This document shows positions 1-14,800 of a DNA stretch of 64,000 nucleotides, one piece after another; the stretch's first letter is position 1; each line of letters begins with the position of its first letter. A model generated the notes under the pieces. The model saw only the letters and a list, made by a program, of their open reading frames with translations, had not been told where the DNA came from and did no database searches. The DNA is from Bugula neritina (lineage: Eukaryota > Animalia > Bryozoa). A program made the translations under genes and the position numbers. The stretch is taken from the NCBI GenBank assembly GCA_964035545.1, contig OZ037765.1, positions 24,551,504 through 24,615,503 on the forward strand, written 5' to 3'.

Positions 1-1863
1 TTAGGACCTGCCTCTCCGGAAATGAACAAAACTATGGATTTTATATGCGTTTTAAAATATCTATTTGATAATAATATGGAAACAAAATTATAAGACAAGA
101 AAAACTATTACAATAACCAAACCCAAAAGAAATAACACAAATATATATATATATATGTATATCCTAGCGACCCTTTGAAATCCCGCTGCGTATAATATAC
201 TGGCAACAAAATTGATAAGCCTGCTGAACATAAATTTGGTATAACTTAAAAGATCAGACAATTCTAAGACAGTTCCTCAAACAACCTACGTAACTCAATC
301 AAATTCTTAATTTGAAAATATTCCTTCAAGTGTAATTTATGCAACTTCAAAGTAGATTTTCAATTCACAAGTACAAGTTATATAGTGATAAAACAAACAA
401 TAGATAAAATTAGTATATCACAAGAAAATATATCAAGTTACTTACAATGAAACTTCTCAGTCCAAAAAAAATTGATTAGGTTTAGATGTAATTGAGTTTC
501 TAATTAATAATTTCGCACAAAATATACTATGGCTCTTCTGATTATTAATTGCTCTTCTTATCGCCGATAATCTATTGCGGCTTCTGAGCTGCCTTTTATA
601 GTCGGGTTGTTTTGGATTTCTGAGGTTTGGGCGATGAGTCTAACCAGGTAAGTTGCTGGTTGGTCCGCAGGTTCAAGTCCAACAATGTGCTAACTGCTAC
701 ATGAGGAATTGTTGGTGACACCATCCCGGTATTGACCATATCAGGATCTCTAAGACTAATAAGTTATACCAGCATTATTTCTGCCATAACTCATAGCCTA
801 AAATATATGTTTTATAGCAAGAAAATATATTAATACGTATTAGTTGTTCACGTGTTGATTTTGTAGTTATTAGATTTTATAAGTGAAGTAAAACACCAGG
901 TTATATCAAATTTGTATAATTCATCAAGTATATGATAAACGTTAAATGTCATCTATATGTTAATATGATTGAATAATCATATACGTCCCGGTTTTATTCA
1001 TGTTTGTTTACCAATTAATGTTCATGTAAGACGGGGTTAAAATTTTACAAATCCCAACACGTGAACAAAACATGTATATGAAATTGTCCCTATACCACAA
1101 CTACTTGTATAATATCATATTACTAAACATACTATATCTGCATTATTCAAAGCGCTGTAAATCATACGTTTAGTATATTAATGTTTGAAGCAATTTCCAT
1201 GTAGTGTCATGACGCTTAGCTCATTTGCATATTTCAATTTTAGCTGTACTCAAGTTTCAAGTCCATTGCTTTCAGAATATGTATTCCACATTCTTTCTTG
1301 AATTTTGTAGATATACAGTGTAGTCTACATACCGTGACGGAATAGATATAATAATTTATAGTTACTTCAACCTGTCACAGCAGTCATCTCACTGAAAGTT
1401 TCAAGGAAGCAGGCAAGCCTCAGCACCAACGGCAACCATAATTCAGCAAGTTGGAATATCTTAAAGGTATAACTTGTGAAATACAGAAGTAAGAGTTAAG
1501 CATATAAAAAGGGAAGAAAGCCCTATACATCTACAGTTATTTACTGTTTCAAGAATAGCATATTTTCCAAGAACTGACTTTCTAGGAACTAAATTATAGT
1601 TTACCACCACTATATCAGGTTACATTTACTTGGTAAATTGTTTACCACTCATAGCCTACTCAAATTGTTGACTAAACTATAATCACTACCAGCATATTAT
1701 TCTCTGTAAATGTATTACATTATTGTGCAGTAACTACTCTGCCTAATACAAAACACTATGCATTTCTAATCTGATAATAATATTATCTCTGTAAATGTAT
1801 TACATTAGTGTACAGTATCTACTCTGCAAAAACACAAAATACTATGCATTTTCTGATCTGACA
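1..1863 (-). mobile_element. Non-coding interspersed element, copy 1 (cut by the window edge); inverted homolog of 17702-20640
   Basis: The reverse complement starts TGTCAGATCAGAAAA at 1863, matching TGTCAGATCAGAGAA at 17702. Colinear shared blocks include CACGGTATGTAG, TGTTCACGTGTTG and GATTTCAAAGGGTCGCTAGGA. The terminal ~85 bp is tandemly duplicated (1697-1863). Confidence 0.8.
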
Positions 1864-2224
1864 AGTATAATTATACACATAGTGATAGTATTACTATTCA
1901 TAATTATTGTTATACGTTATAACTATAACTATAAGTATAAGTGAAACTTCATGTTATTCATATTGTTATAGTTATACTTATACTTATAGTATTACATTAA
2001 TATTACTATTACTATTAGTATTAGTATTACTATTAGTAACACTAAATATAATACTATAATACTGATAGTAATACTAATAGTAATAGTAATAGTAATACTA
2101 ATAGTAATAGTAATACTAGTAGTATTACTTAGAGTATCATACAGTATAGCAACAAAGACAAGCCCGCTGAAACTATAAATCAATAGACAATACAGATACT
2201 GATAGAGATAAGTTATTAGCTTGG

Positions 2225-2332
2225 AGTTGGGAGTGATTGAGCGCAGCGGTTTAAAGTTCTTGAGTTTGGAGTTAGAATTCCAAACTCCTTAACTCGATAG
2301 CTACAAACTACTGCACTCAGTCACCCCCAACT
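2225..2332. repeat. ~110-bp near-perfect palindrome/hairpin (MITE-like)
   Basis: AGTTGGGAGTGATTGAGCGCAGCGGTTT pairs with AAACTACTGCACTCAGTCACCCCCAACT; inner stem GAGTTTGGAGTT/AATTCCAAACTC. Confidence 0.75.
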
Positions 2333-2394
2333 TGCAGCTGCTCATAAGAGTACTCGTGGTTTGCAAGAATGATAATAATTTTTTATGTATACTA

Positions 2395-2460
2395 CCCCGC
2401 AGCAGATTGGCTGCGCGAGCCCGGAAGTTTCATTTTATGGCGGGACTTCGAGACAGTTGA
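2395..2460 (+). promoter_or_regulatory. Housekeeping-type promoter motif cluster (CCAAT, ETS, YY1); target transcript unidentified
   Basis: GATTGG, CCGGAAGT and ATGGCG occur within about 40 bp in a local CpG-rich patch. Confidence 0.5.
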
Positions 2461-3227
2461 TTCAATGTCACTTTATTTTTAAATTCCAGTTGAGTTTTCA
2501 TTTTTCGAACAGTTATCCTTTAATTTAAATGTAATTTTTATCGTGTTTGCTTCGTTCACCATGTATATTGCCCAAATTTTTAAAGAAATCAAGCGTCAAT
2601 GTATTAAAGCCGCTGACCAGCTGAATCTCAGAGTCAGTCACAGTGACAGTGTTACTTTTTATTTTAGTGTAACACTTACTGTAAGACTAAGTGTGTTACT
2701 TTTGGTTTAACTTTTACTTAAGTCAAAGTGAATGTAAATGTTATTGTTTGCATGCTGATGCTGAGCCTGATGGCGATGCTCACGTTCATGCTCCTTCTGA
2801 TATAGTGATAGTGATACAAGTGGTAGAATGACGACTGCCTCTACGACTACTGGTACTACCAAAACAGCTTTCACACTCGGTGTGTTTACAAGTAAGTAGA
2901 TGAGTATAATTTAATAAATATAATGATTTATTGATTATTATCATGTAGTAAAACTAAAAGTGAAACTAAATGTAATTCCATAGTTTAAATCAATACCAAT
3001 ACTGCAATAGCAATAGACATAGTTATAGTAACACAAAATACTAAAATAATAGATATAATACTAATACTAATAGTAATAGACATAGTCAGATAATGATAAT
3101 CATATTGGTACTGATAGTGATGGTCATATTGATACCGAATTTGTTGTCCATAAACTAAAATTGTCTAGTACTAATGTTCATGTTCTTTCTGTTCTTGCAT
3201 GTTCTTAGATTATCTAGTAGTGGTAGT

Positions 3228-4833
<1,606 letters not shown>

Positions 4834-6111
4834 CTCATACTAATACTATTACTATTACTTTTAGTTATACTATAGTAACTGTAGTAAACTGATAAGGACT
4901 TTGATACTGTCAATACTTCAAGTTTAACTAATAATAATAACTGAGATTATGATTAATATTCTGACTATCATTATCATTGCTATTAAAGTTGAATGTTTAA
5001 ACGTTGAAGTTTAACGCCATATCAGTGATTAGGCTGTGCAGTGCATCAGCTATAAATAGCATGCAATGAAAGCTAGCTATAATTAGTATAGGTTTTATAG
5101 TAGAGGTGAAGTCAAAGCCAACCAGAAATTCATTTTCAAGCATTCTGAAATCCAAAATAATTTCAGCACATACTAGCACAGAATTCATCATAAAACAAAA
5201 TTGTTTAGGCACCCAACCTTTAAACAGTATGTAGATAAAAACTAATATAATATATAAGAATATTTTAATCCTGCAGAAGTGAAGTGTGTCAGAGATTCTT
5301 TAAGCAATATTTATTAGAAAATATTCTGGTTCAACTAGCCCTTCCTTAATTTAAAAAAATTCCGATTCTAATAGATTTGATGTTGATACTTGTATATAAA
5401 TTATTGTATCAATACCACTATGAATTGGCTACACAGGTTTACTTTGGTACAAAAGATATGTAAACAAGCAAGCTCCGCCTACTCTACTCTGTCATACTAC
5501 AGCCCTGCTGCTTCTAGAGATTTTGTAAGAATATGATTTGATATGAATCAAAAGGTTAACTGCACTTCATTTGTTCCTGGCTGAGGATCTAGATTTACTG
5601 TCACTCTTTCACTGGACTCCTAGCCACCTTAGTGTAGCCAGATTTTTGAATTGAAAAGCTGTTACATGCAAGTTGTTTTATATGTTAGTTATATCTTAAT
5701 GTGAATTCAATGATTTACAAAGTAATTAATAACATTTTCTCATACAAAATTACTTGGAGCCTGGAGGTTGATTTATAAAGTACACATATTTAATATGTAT
5801 TATGATAGTTATTATAATGTTATACTGCATTAATGATAGTTGAAATTAGTAATATAATCATAATCCTAGTCTTTAAGGTTAAGCTTACTGTCCTGCACTC
5901 TTAGTATCACTAATAGTATTATTTGAAAGCTTACGGTGTTTATTGTGGATGTTGACTGCTGCAGAAACTGACTACTATTTTCAAAATTTAAAAGGAAAAC
6001 ACATTCTTGGTGCAAAAGTGGCAGAATATGTAATACAATTTTTTTCAAATTGAAGGTAAGAAATGGGGTCATTTCAGCATTCATAAGCTGCACATAATAG
6101 CTTATGTGTAT

Positions 6112-6353
6112 ACACACGCACACACTCACACTCTTACGCACACACACACACACTCACACACACACACTCACACACACTCACATACACACACACACACTCA
6201 CACACACTCACACACACACTCACACACACACTCACACACACACACACTCACACACACACTCACACACTCACACACACACATACACTCACACACACACTCA
6301 CACACACACTCACACACACACTCACACAATCACACTCACATAATCACACACAC
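6112..6353. repeat. (CA)n/(CACACT)n microsatellite
   Basis: Directly visible. Confidence 0.95.
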
Positions 6354-8891
6354 AGCCATATTTATTCTAACATACATATATACATAAATCTACGATTGAA
6401 GAAATGTTCAATTATTCAAAGGTTTACACAGTCAGTACATAAAGCTCTGAAGTCATTGTTGTAGTTCCAGTTCTTTACATTTGGATAACCAGGTCATTAT
6501 TTTGGTTTTTTTTGTCAGGTATAACTAAAACTGATGTCTGTATTTAAGTAAAAAAGAAGATGTTTAATCAGATAGCTGAAACAAGTTGTTATTTATACTG
6601 CAATAAGTTATAAAAATCTAGAATAGCGTTTAAAATCATTGGGACTATTGCATAACTTTTTTATAAGTATACGCTACTATTAGGGATTTTTCAATAGGGC
6701 TTTCTTGTTTTGCGCAATAATACAAAAATTAAAAAGCTTGCAAATAGAACTAAAGCACTAGCTAAAACCATTTTTTATAAGGCCAAGTGAGTTAGACTAA
6801 TGAACCTTTGGAATATTTAGCTAGTCACCAAATTGACTACACTGAGTGGTTTAAAGTTAAGTTGAACATATTATTAGACCTGTCGATGTTAAGCCAAGTC
6901 TGTGCTAGGACTTGTATGATGGTATTGTTCTTGTCATGACCTCAGATTGTTCTTGGCAGTAAGCTACAGTGGTGTTGTTTAGTATAATTACTACAAATAT
7001 ACCTCACAAGTCCACGTGTTTAGGCCCTAGTTTGATCGAAGCTCTCTCAAGTTTTCTAAGATCATTATATGCCAGCATATTGAGTATTATCATAAAACTT
7101 GTTATTTTTTGGCTAGTCACCTTGCATTTTGGGTAACGGCCCTAGGTTTTCAGAGTAAACTAAGACTTAAACTGTGCAGGTAATAGAAATACACCCACAT
7201 GATCAAACAGGTGTATAGAAATTGTAAATTGAAGTTGTATTTATCTCAAAGTATAGTCATTCTAAAAATATTTTACTATGCAAAGGTGCATATATTCTCT
7301 AAAACACACCTCTGAGTTAAAGAAATGTTGATGCTATAATATACATGTAGGCATAGCAACCAGACTAGTGAGTTAAGAAGTTGAACTATTGGGATGCATA
7401 TTTATGGTGTCTGAATGTAGCATTAACTTTATAATCACTTGCAATCTTAACAAATCCAGACTCACTGCATGGCTCTTTCTATAATTATTGTTGGTTTATT
7501 CTATTTATACAAAAGAATTTGTAAAATGGTGTGCTAGACAAGCTAGCAAAGTTATACTTACAGACTATTAACCTATTTGTAAATTGTAGACACATTAAAA
7601 TTATTTTAGTGTTGCCGTAATATAACCTGCAATTATGCAGTACTGAAACTTTGCTGCAACTGGGGAAGCTAAATATGTAGTAACAAGCTCCTAAAAATCA
7701 TACATACACTCGGACACACACAACACACACAGGCATTTAAAGGCATGTGCAGGCACACACAGATACGTAATATAGGCATATATGCACAAATATACTAAAG
7801 GTTCTGCTTATTGAAATTAAAATATTTTGTTTAATTATGCCATGACTGAAACATTGATCAAAAAGTTGTTTGTTTAAACAATTGCAATAGCTTATCTTTT
7901 TACCTGCAATACTCATTTACAATCAATTCATTCTGTTGCAACAATTTTTCTGCAACTTGTACTCATTTGATGTTTCTCCCTTGGCAAATATATTTTATTT
8001 TTAGCCCATTTAATTCAATGTTTTGTGAGTAGGCTTATCCAGTTTTACTTGCTTAGTACTGAATTCTAAAGTTTGCAACCGGATTTAAAAAGAGATTAAA
8101 ACTCTGTATTTTGCTTTTTCTTACTAATTTAATATAATAATATTTATATAATAAATATTATATAAATATTAGTTTAGGCCTATATGTAATATAATATAAC
8201 TGCTTATAACTATAACTAATTTACTAATTAATTACAAATCCAGTAAGTGATGTAGAACCTTTCGAAATGATATGACTAAACATTTCACCACTAGTCACTA
8301 CTTAGCCCAGATAGCCTTTCTCAAGTTGTAAACATGTGTATCTTTTACTCAACTAACCCTTCAGGGTTGTATACCGAGTTTATGAGTTGTACATCATCAC
8401 CCAGCTGCTAGATAAGTAACTAGTCCATGTTATAATCACAAATCAGAATGCAATGCTCGTTGAACCAGCTGTAGTGGTAACGATTGTCTAGACTTAAGAG
8501 TATATTTTCAGTCATTATTTCTAATCGGAATTTTCAAGCATTGAATTTAGAAATATTAAAAATTGAGCTCAATGCTTTAAGCTTTAGATTATATGACATT
8601 AGATAATGCACATGGCAAATGCTGTGCAAATATTTCTAAGAAGCATGCAGTTCCACTTGGACTTGCAGGATTTTATATAGGTTATAATAGTGAGATAGTA
8701 AAGTGGTACAAACCCCTGATTGGCTGGATTTTACATGGTTTAATGTATGATTGTTAGTTAAAGTATATTTAAGACTAGACCACTGATTCAGCTCAAGTGA
8801 CTAAAGTTCTATTCTTTAGCGAGATCTGCCATAGTGAGAGCTTCTGACAGCGTACTGTTTTATCTTTGTATTCAATCCAACCAAATTCAAG

Positions 8892-11800
8892 ATGGTAAGT
8901 ATCATTCGAACCATACATTACAATTAATTAAACCTCATGTTTTACATTCAAATTTTTTTTCCTGGTGTCAGTTAGTGGAGATTCAATACGCAATGTTTAT
9001 AAATATTACATGTGAAAATATTTAATTTTGACTTCATTAGACTTGGTTTCATGCAACTTTAGGTTTGATTTTGATGCAAAGATACCAGTTATATAAACTT
9101 AAAAAATGATGTAACTCAATGTCCCCAACATATATTATATCTTGCTGGTGAATAATTCTGATGTGTAAATAACCTGTTAAAACTGGGTTTCATTAGTTTT
9201 ACTTTTTTGTTTCAATTTTTATAGTTTAATTGGGTACTTGCAATGTGCAAAAATTTCAGTTATTGTCAATGTAGAAGGAATTTCCAATTCTAGGTGAACT
9301 TCACTGTAGACCAAATCCGTGAACTCATGGATATTAAGACAAACATTCGAAATATGTCTGTGATTGCTCACGTAGATCACGGTAAATCTACTCTCACAGA
9401 CTTACTGGTCAGTAAAGCTGGAATCATCTCGTCTGGCAAAACAGAAGAACAGCAATTCACTGATACTCGCCAAGATGAGCAGAATATTACCACCAAATCT
9501 ACGTTAGTAAAACACAATAACCCTCTTTATGTCTTAGTGAATTGTTATGTGTTACATTGAAATATCATCATATATTTATATATTTTATTAGGATTATGAT
9601 ATGCGCTAAAAATTTCAATATGCAATTTAGTATTTGTATCTAATGTACCGTGAAATACTTAGTGATGGAATTCAAAGAGCAAGTTTGCTACCACATAGTA
9701 AACTTTATTTTTCAATTTAATCATAATATGCATGTGTATCAAAGATCTAGCTTGTGTTGGTTGAAAAAAATATAATAATCTCAAAACACAAGCTACTGAA
9801 TGTTATTTTTCTCTAGTTTAGATAACTTCTTTTGAATTCTTTATGTATCTGTGTAAAAAAATTTTCAGGGCTGTCTCTATGTACTATGAGCTTTCAGAAA
9901 AGGATTTAGATGCCATTCAGCAAGAAACTGATAAATCTCATGGGTTTTTGATCAACCTTATTGATTGTCCTGGCCACGTAGACTTTGCAAGTGAAGTCAC
10001 TGCTGCTCTTCGAGTTACAGATGGGGCCCTCGTGGTTGTTGATTGTGTGTCAGGTAATTTTCCCTTGACCTACAAAACATTATTTTTCACTTTCACTTTT
10101 TTATTTAGAAGTTGATAAGTTTTACTTCAAGAATGTCGAGTTGTCTTAATACAGGAAGTTTAAAAATTGGCGACTTGCCACCTACATAATATACTAAAAA
10201 ATTTATAACCATCAATAGCTAACCAAATCTGAAATAGTGTGTAGGTAACTTTAGACCTCATAAGGCTTGAGTAACAACAACATTCAAAGGGCTACTAAAA
10301 GTTGAACTGATTCTTATAATATATATAATGCTCTTCAGTTGTTTGTCAGCACAACGCTAACAAAAATTACAGTAGTTTTTCAATCTTCAATTGCTTCTTT
10401 CTAATATGTTTTTTGTCTCTTTAGGTGTCTGTGTACAAACAGAGACTGAGACTTGAGAAATCAAAAAGAGCAGATAAAAAACTGTTTTATCTTGTAGTTT
10501 TGGCAAAGTGGTTTATTAAGATATACTGTTAAAATTCAATAAACAATTATTTTAGGTGTCTGTGTACAAACAGAGACTGTAATGAGACAGGCCATTGCTG
10601 AGCGGATTAAACCTGTGTTGTTAATGAACAAAATGGACAGGGCTTTTTTGGAAATGCAGATGGGAGCTGAGGACATGTACCAAGCTTTTCAGCGAATCAT
10701 CGAAGATGTTAACGTGATTGTTTCTACCTATTGTGAAGAGGATGGACCTATGGGAGATATTCAGGTGTGTAGGCCATCTTTAATTGGTTTGTGGTGAGGC
10801 CTTGTTGCCTTAGTTCAAGTTGTATGTTTCTATTTCCTGCATTACAGGTCAGCCCAGCAACTGGAGCTGTTGGCTTTGGGTCCGGACTGCACGGATGGGC
10901 ATTCACCTTGAAACAGTTTGCTGAAATGTACAGTTCCAAGCTTGGTGTTGATGAAAAAACGCTGATGAAGAAGTTGTGGGGAGACAGTTTTTACAATGCG
11001 GAAACCAAGAAGTGGGATAAGACCGATGCTGGTGGTGGGAATAGGGCTTTCTGTCAATTTATTCTGGATCCAATTCTGAAAGTATGCGGAGTGTTGGGAG
11101 ATCGATCGTGCTTTTTTAGTTTTGTTAAAAAGCATTAGCTTTTGCTTGCATTTTAATATTAGGAAATAGTTATGTCATCACATGTGCTGTGCTTCTGGTT
11201 GAAGTTTTGGATATTGCACTATTTTTACAGTTCAGTCTGTGCATATAAAATTGCCTTTATACCTTCACGATTTTCGGTCAGAATTTCAATTTGGCCGGGT
11301 TGAAATTTCACTGAGTTGCATTGCATTGTAAAAGCCACTCATAAAAACTTTTGTACTGTGATAACTTAATCGGCCAATTTTAGAATAGGAGTAATAACTC
11401 CTTGTAAACATCGTTATTTAGTTATTACTTTGGCGATTAGACAACGTACTTATACGGTTATAATTATATAGCCTACGCCTTCTCAGTTATCGCTTTTATG
11501 CTGTCCGCTTCACTAATTAACGACGTTTACAAAGGGCATCAAGTAGCTATTATGCGAGTCAAATTTCAATTTCAGAAAGTGAGCAACCGCATCAATATGA
11601 TTTCAAAGAGTTTCAGTTTGACTATAAAGGGGTACCCGGACAAGCCTTATTAACTTAAACTCGGTACTTTTTTCAGCAGAGTTATAAACGCAACTAAATT
11701 CTTTGTCCTATCAACTAGCCTACTAAGGAAATCCTTTCTAGTTGATTATAAAAGTTCTGCACTGTCAAATCAGCAAGTAGCGTGATAGATTTGTGATTTG

Positions 11801-14800
11801 GAAAATTAACCAGAGAGCATAACTCCTTGTCTTAAGGAAAGAGAGAGCAGAAAGGTTTCCAGGTGTAGATAGTCTTTATTTCAGCAGAAGATATAGTATA
11901 AAAGTCAGTGGTGTGGCCTTGGGGAGCTCTAGCGGTAGATTGCTCTACACTAGAAAACTCACCTCCTTTTATACTCTAGAAGTCGAAGGCTGCAGAAGTT
12001 CAGACGCCCCGACTTCTAGAATATTTTATCTGATCATCAGTCAAAATCATGCACCTCGAACTTCAAGAGCCCTAAATCGGTTGCCCTGAAATCCGGGACT
12101 CTCGACCTCAGCCGAGATCGAATTTAAAAAAAGAAAGCGAGCTGTATAAAATATAGTTACAAGAGAAGACAATTTTAAAGTTAACACCAAAGTCTACTGC
12201 AGTATGTCACATGGAAGAATGATAATTTATTTTATTTGAATAAATTCTATACATGGTACAAAACATTTTTTTTTATGAATGAAAAATATGCTAAAGGCTG
12301 TGCTGTTTTCTCTGAACATAATGGCTATGTGTTTCCAGCTCATTGCCATCTTCTTGAAGCCAATGAACTTTTTCGCAGAACAAAATTTAAAGTTTAATTT
12401 TGAGCATTTTTTCATGGTTATAAAAAGCCTACAATTGTGATTTTATCTCCTCAATAGTTCGTCATATAAGTCGGTTTTGTTAAATATTTTTAGTTTGGTT
12501 TTGCAGCACAGTTTTTTAGTGTTTGTGGTAGCTATATCATGGTTTAAGGTCTTCAGCACCACTATGGAAGGCACTAAAGAAGATGCCCATAAGCTGATCG
12601 AGAAAATGGGTGTCAAGTTGACTGGAGATAATAAAGATTTGATAGGAAAGCCTTTGATGAAAGTGGTTATGAGAAAGTGGCTACCTGCCGAGGATGCCAT
12701 GCTTCAGATGATCACAATGTACCTGCCTTCACCTGTTACTTCCCAAAAGTACAGAATTGGTAAATATTTTTACTGTTTGACAGCTTTTTGGTTTTGCTGT
12801 TCATTTAAACATTTCGACTATCTAATTTTTTGCCTGTGTAATTACCTTCACACTACTTTAGTTAGGTTCCTGGATTTTTTTCTCTTCTATATCTTAGTTA
12901 TAGAACAGCATGTAAAACTTTGTATTGTGAAAATCATAAACGTCTTATCTTGAATGAATCAGTTTTTAAGTAGTGATTTGCTGTTGGTTTTTAGAACTTC
13001 TGTATGAAGGACCTAATGATGATGAGATTGCTGTTTCCATGAAGAGCTGTAACCCTAAGGGGCCAGTAATGATGTATGTGAGTAAGATGGTGCCAACATC
13101 TGACAAGGGCAGGTTTTATGCTTTTGGCCGAGTTTTCTCGGGAACAATTGCAACTGGACAAGAGTGTCGTATTATGGGCCCCAACTATGTCCCTGGAAAG
13201 AAGGAAGATCTTTATGAAGAAAGTATTCAAAAGTAAGTACTATTGTACATTATAACTCAATTCACACTGCCCAAGCTCTAGATGCAGGCTAATTGTTGAT
13301 GTATTCATATAATTCAGAACTGTCTCTATGATGGGCCGCTATTTTGAGCCAATTGAAGATGTGCCATGTGGAAACATTGTGGGATTGGTTGGAGTGGATC
13401 AGTACTTGGTTAAAACTGGAACTATTACCACATTTAAAGATGCTTACAATATGAAGGTTTGTTTGTTATTCTTATATCCAGTGCTACTCATTGAGTTTAA
13501 AAATGAAATGAGTAGTTTTTTAAACTGTTGCTAATCTTGTATATATAGTTTGAATAGACATGCAAGTTTTACTTCTATTGAATAAAGTTACTAATTGTGC
13601 TTGTGGTAGCGAATTTAAATTGTTTCTTGTTGCCCCATAATTCCCGCTGCTGCTATGCTTTGAGCGCAAATCAAAAAATATTTTGCTGCAACTTTCAATT
13701 GTGGTCTATGGCCAAGGTAGATGACAATAGATTGGTTTTTCTTGGTAATTTAAAAAAATACCATTTGTATTTTAAAATACACCAACAACATAATATTTTG
13801 TGCAGTGAACATAACTTATTGTAGATGATGAAGTTCAGTGTACACCCAATTGTTCATATCGCTGTTGAATGTAAAAACCCCTCTGATCTCCCTAAGCTAG
13901 TTGAAGGCCTAAAGAGATTGGCCAAGTCTGATCCTATGGTTCAGTGTTGCATTGAGGAGTCAGGTGAGCACATCATTGCTGGTGCTGGCGAACTTCATTT
14001 AGAGATTTGCCTGAAAGACTTGGAAGAGGACCATGCTGGTATTCCTCTCAAGAAATCTGATCCTGTTGTGTCATACAGAGAGACCGTTGCAAAAAATTCA
14101 AGCATAACTTGCTTGTCGGAGTCTCCTAATAAGCATAACCGATTATTTATGACGGCCTCTCCTATGCCTGAGACTTTGCCTGAAGTCATTGAAACGGTAT
14201 TGTCTTTATTCATCGATTCATGCAATACAACACCTTCAACTTTGCTAGTGACATCAGTGTTTCTCAAGAGCAAATTTTGGTCACATGTGGAATTTCTGTA
14301 GTAAATTTATTCACTTGCTGTAAGAATAAGAACTACTACATAGAACCCCTGGCAAGCTTCATTTATCCAGCTTTGAAACATTTATATATAATATTCTTAG
14401 CTCACTGCAGGCTATTCAGTGATTGTACGCTCAAACAATTTTGTTCCATATTAAATTTTATGCCCATGCTGACTTTCATTGCATGCTATTCCTAGCTGCT
14501 GTAGCACACTGACTCCCCGTTCACCGATTGCCTTACCTTACGCCATAACAGCACAAACAAAATGGCGCAGCTGTTATGTTTTGTCAACAGGCTGTGACCA
14601 GTCATAATAAGGCTAATTCTTGTCTGCGCTGAGTTGTGCGGCTTTGAATATTATTAACTTATTTGTCGAAACATTCTTCTCAAAGATATGATAGAAATGC
14701 TATTGACTAGATAAAGCAATTGAAAGAAAATATCTCTGTTAAATACATGTGTCTTTAAAATAATTGTGCAAACTAATTTGAATAATAAATATTTAAACCG

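Noticed and set aside
6104-6387. His/Thr-rich ORFs (likewise YI- and IT-repeat ORFs at 1992, 28817, 29758, 31227)
   Set aside because: Translations of microsatellite or low-complexity DNA.
11160-12440. Intronic snoRNA or defined TE in the long eEF2 intron
   Set aside because: No convincing C/D or H/ACA boxes and no clear TIR/TSD by eye; probably TE-derived, but a boundary cannot be supported.
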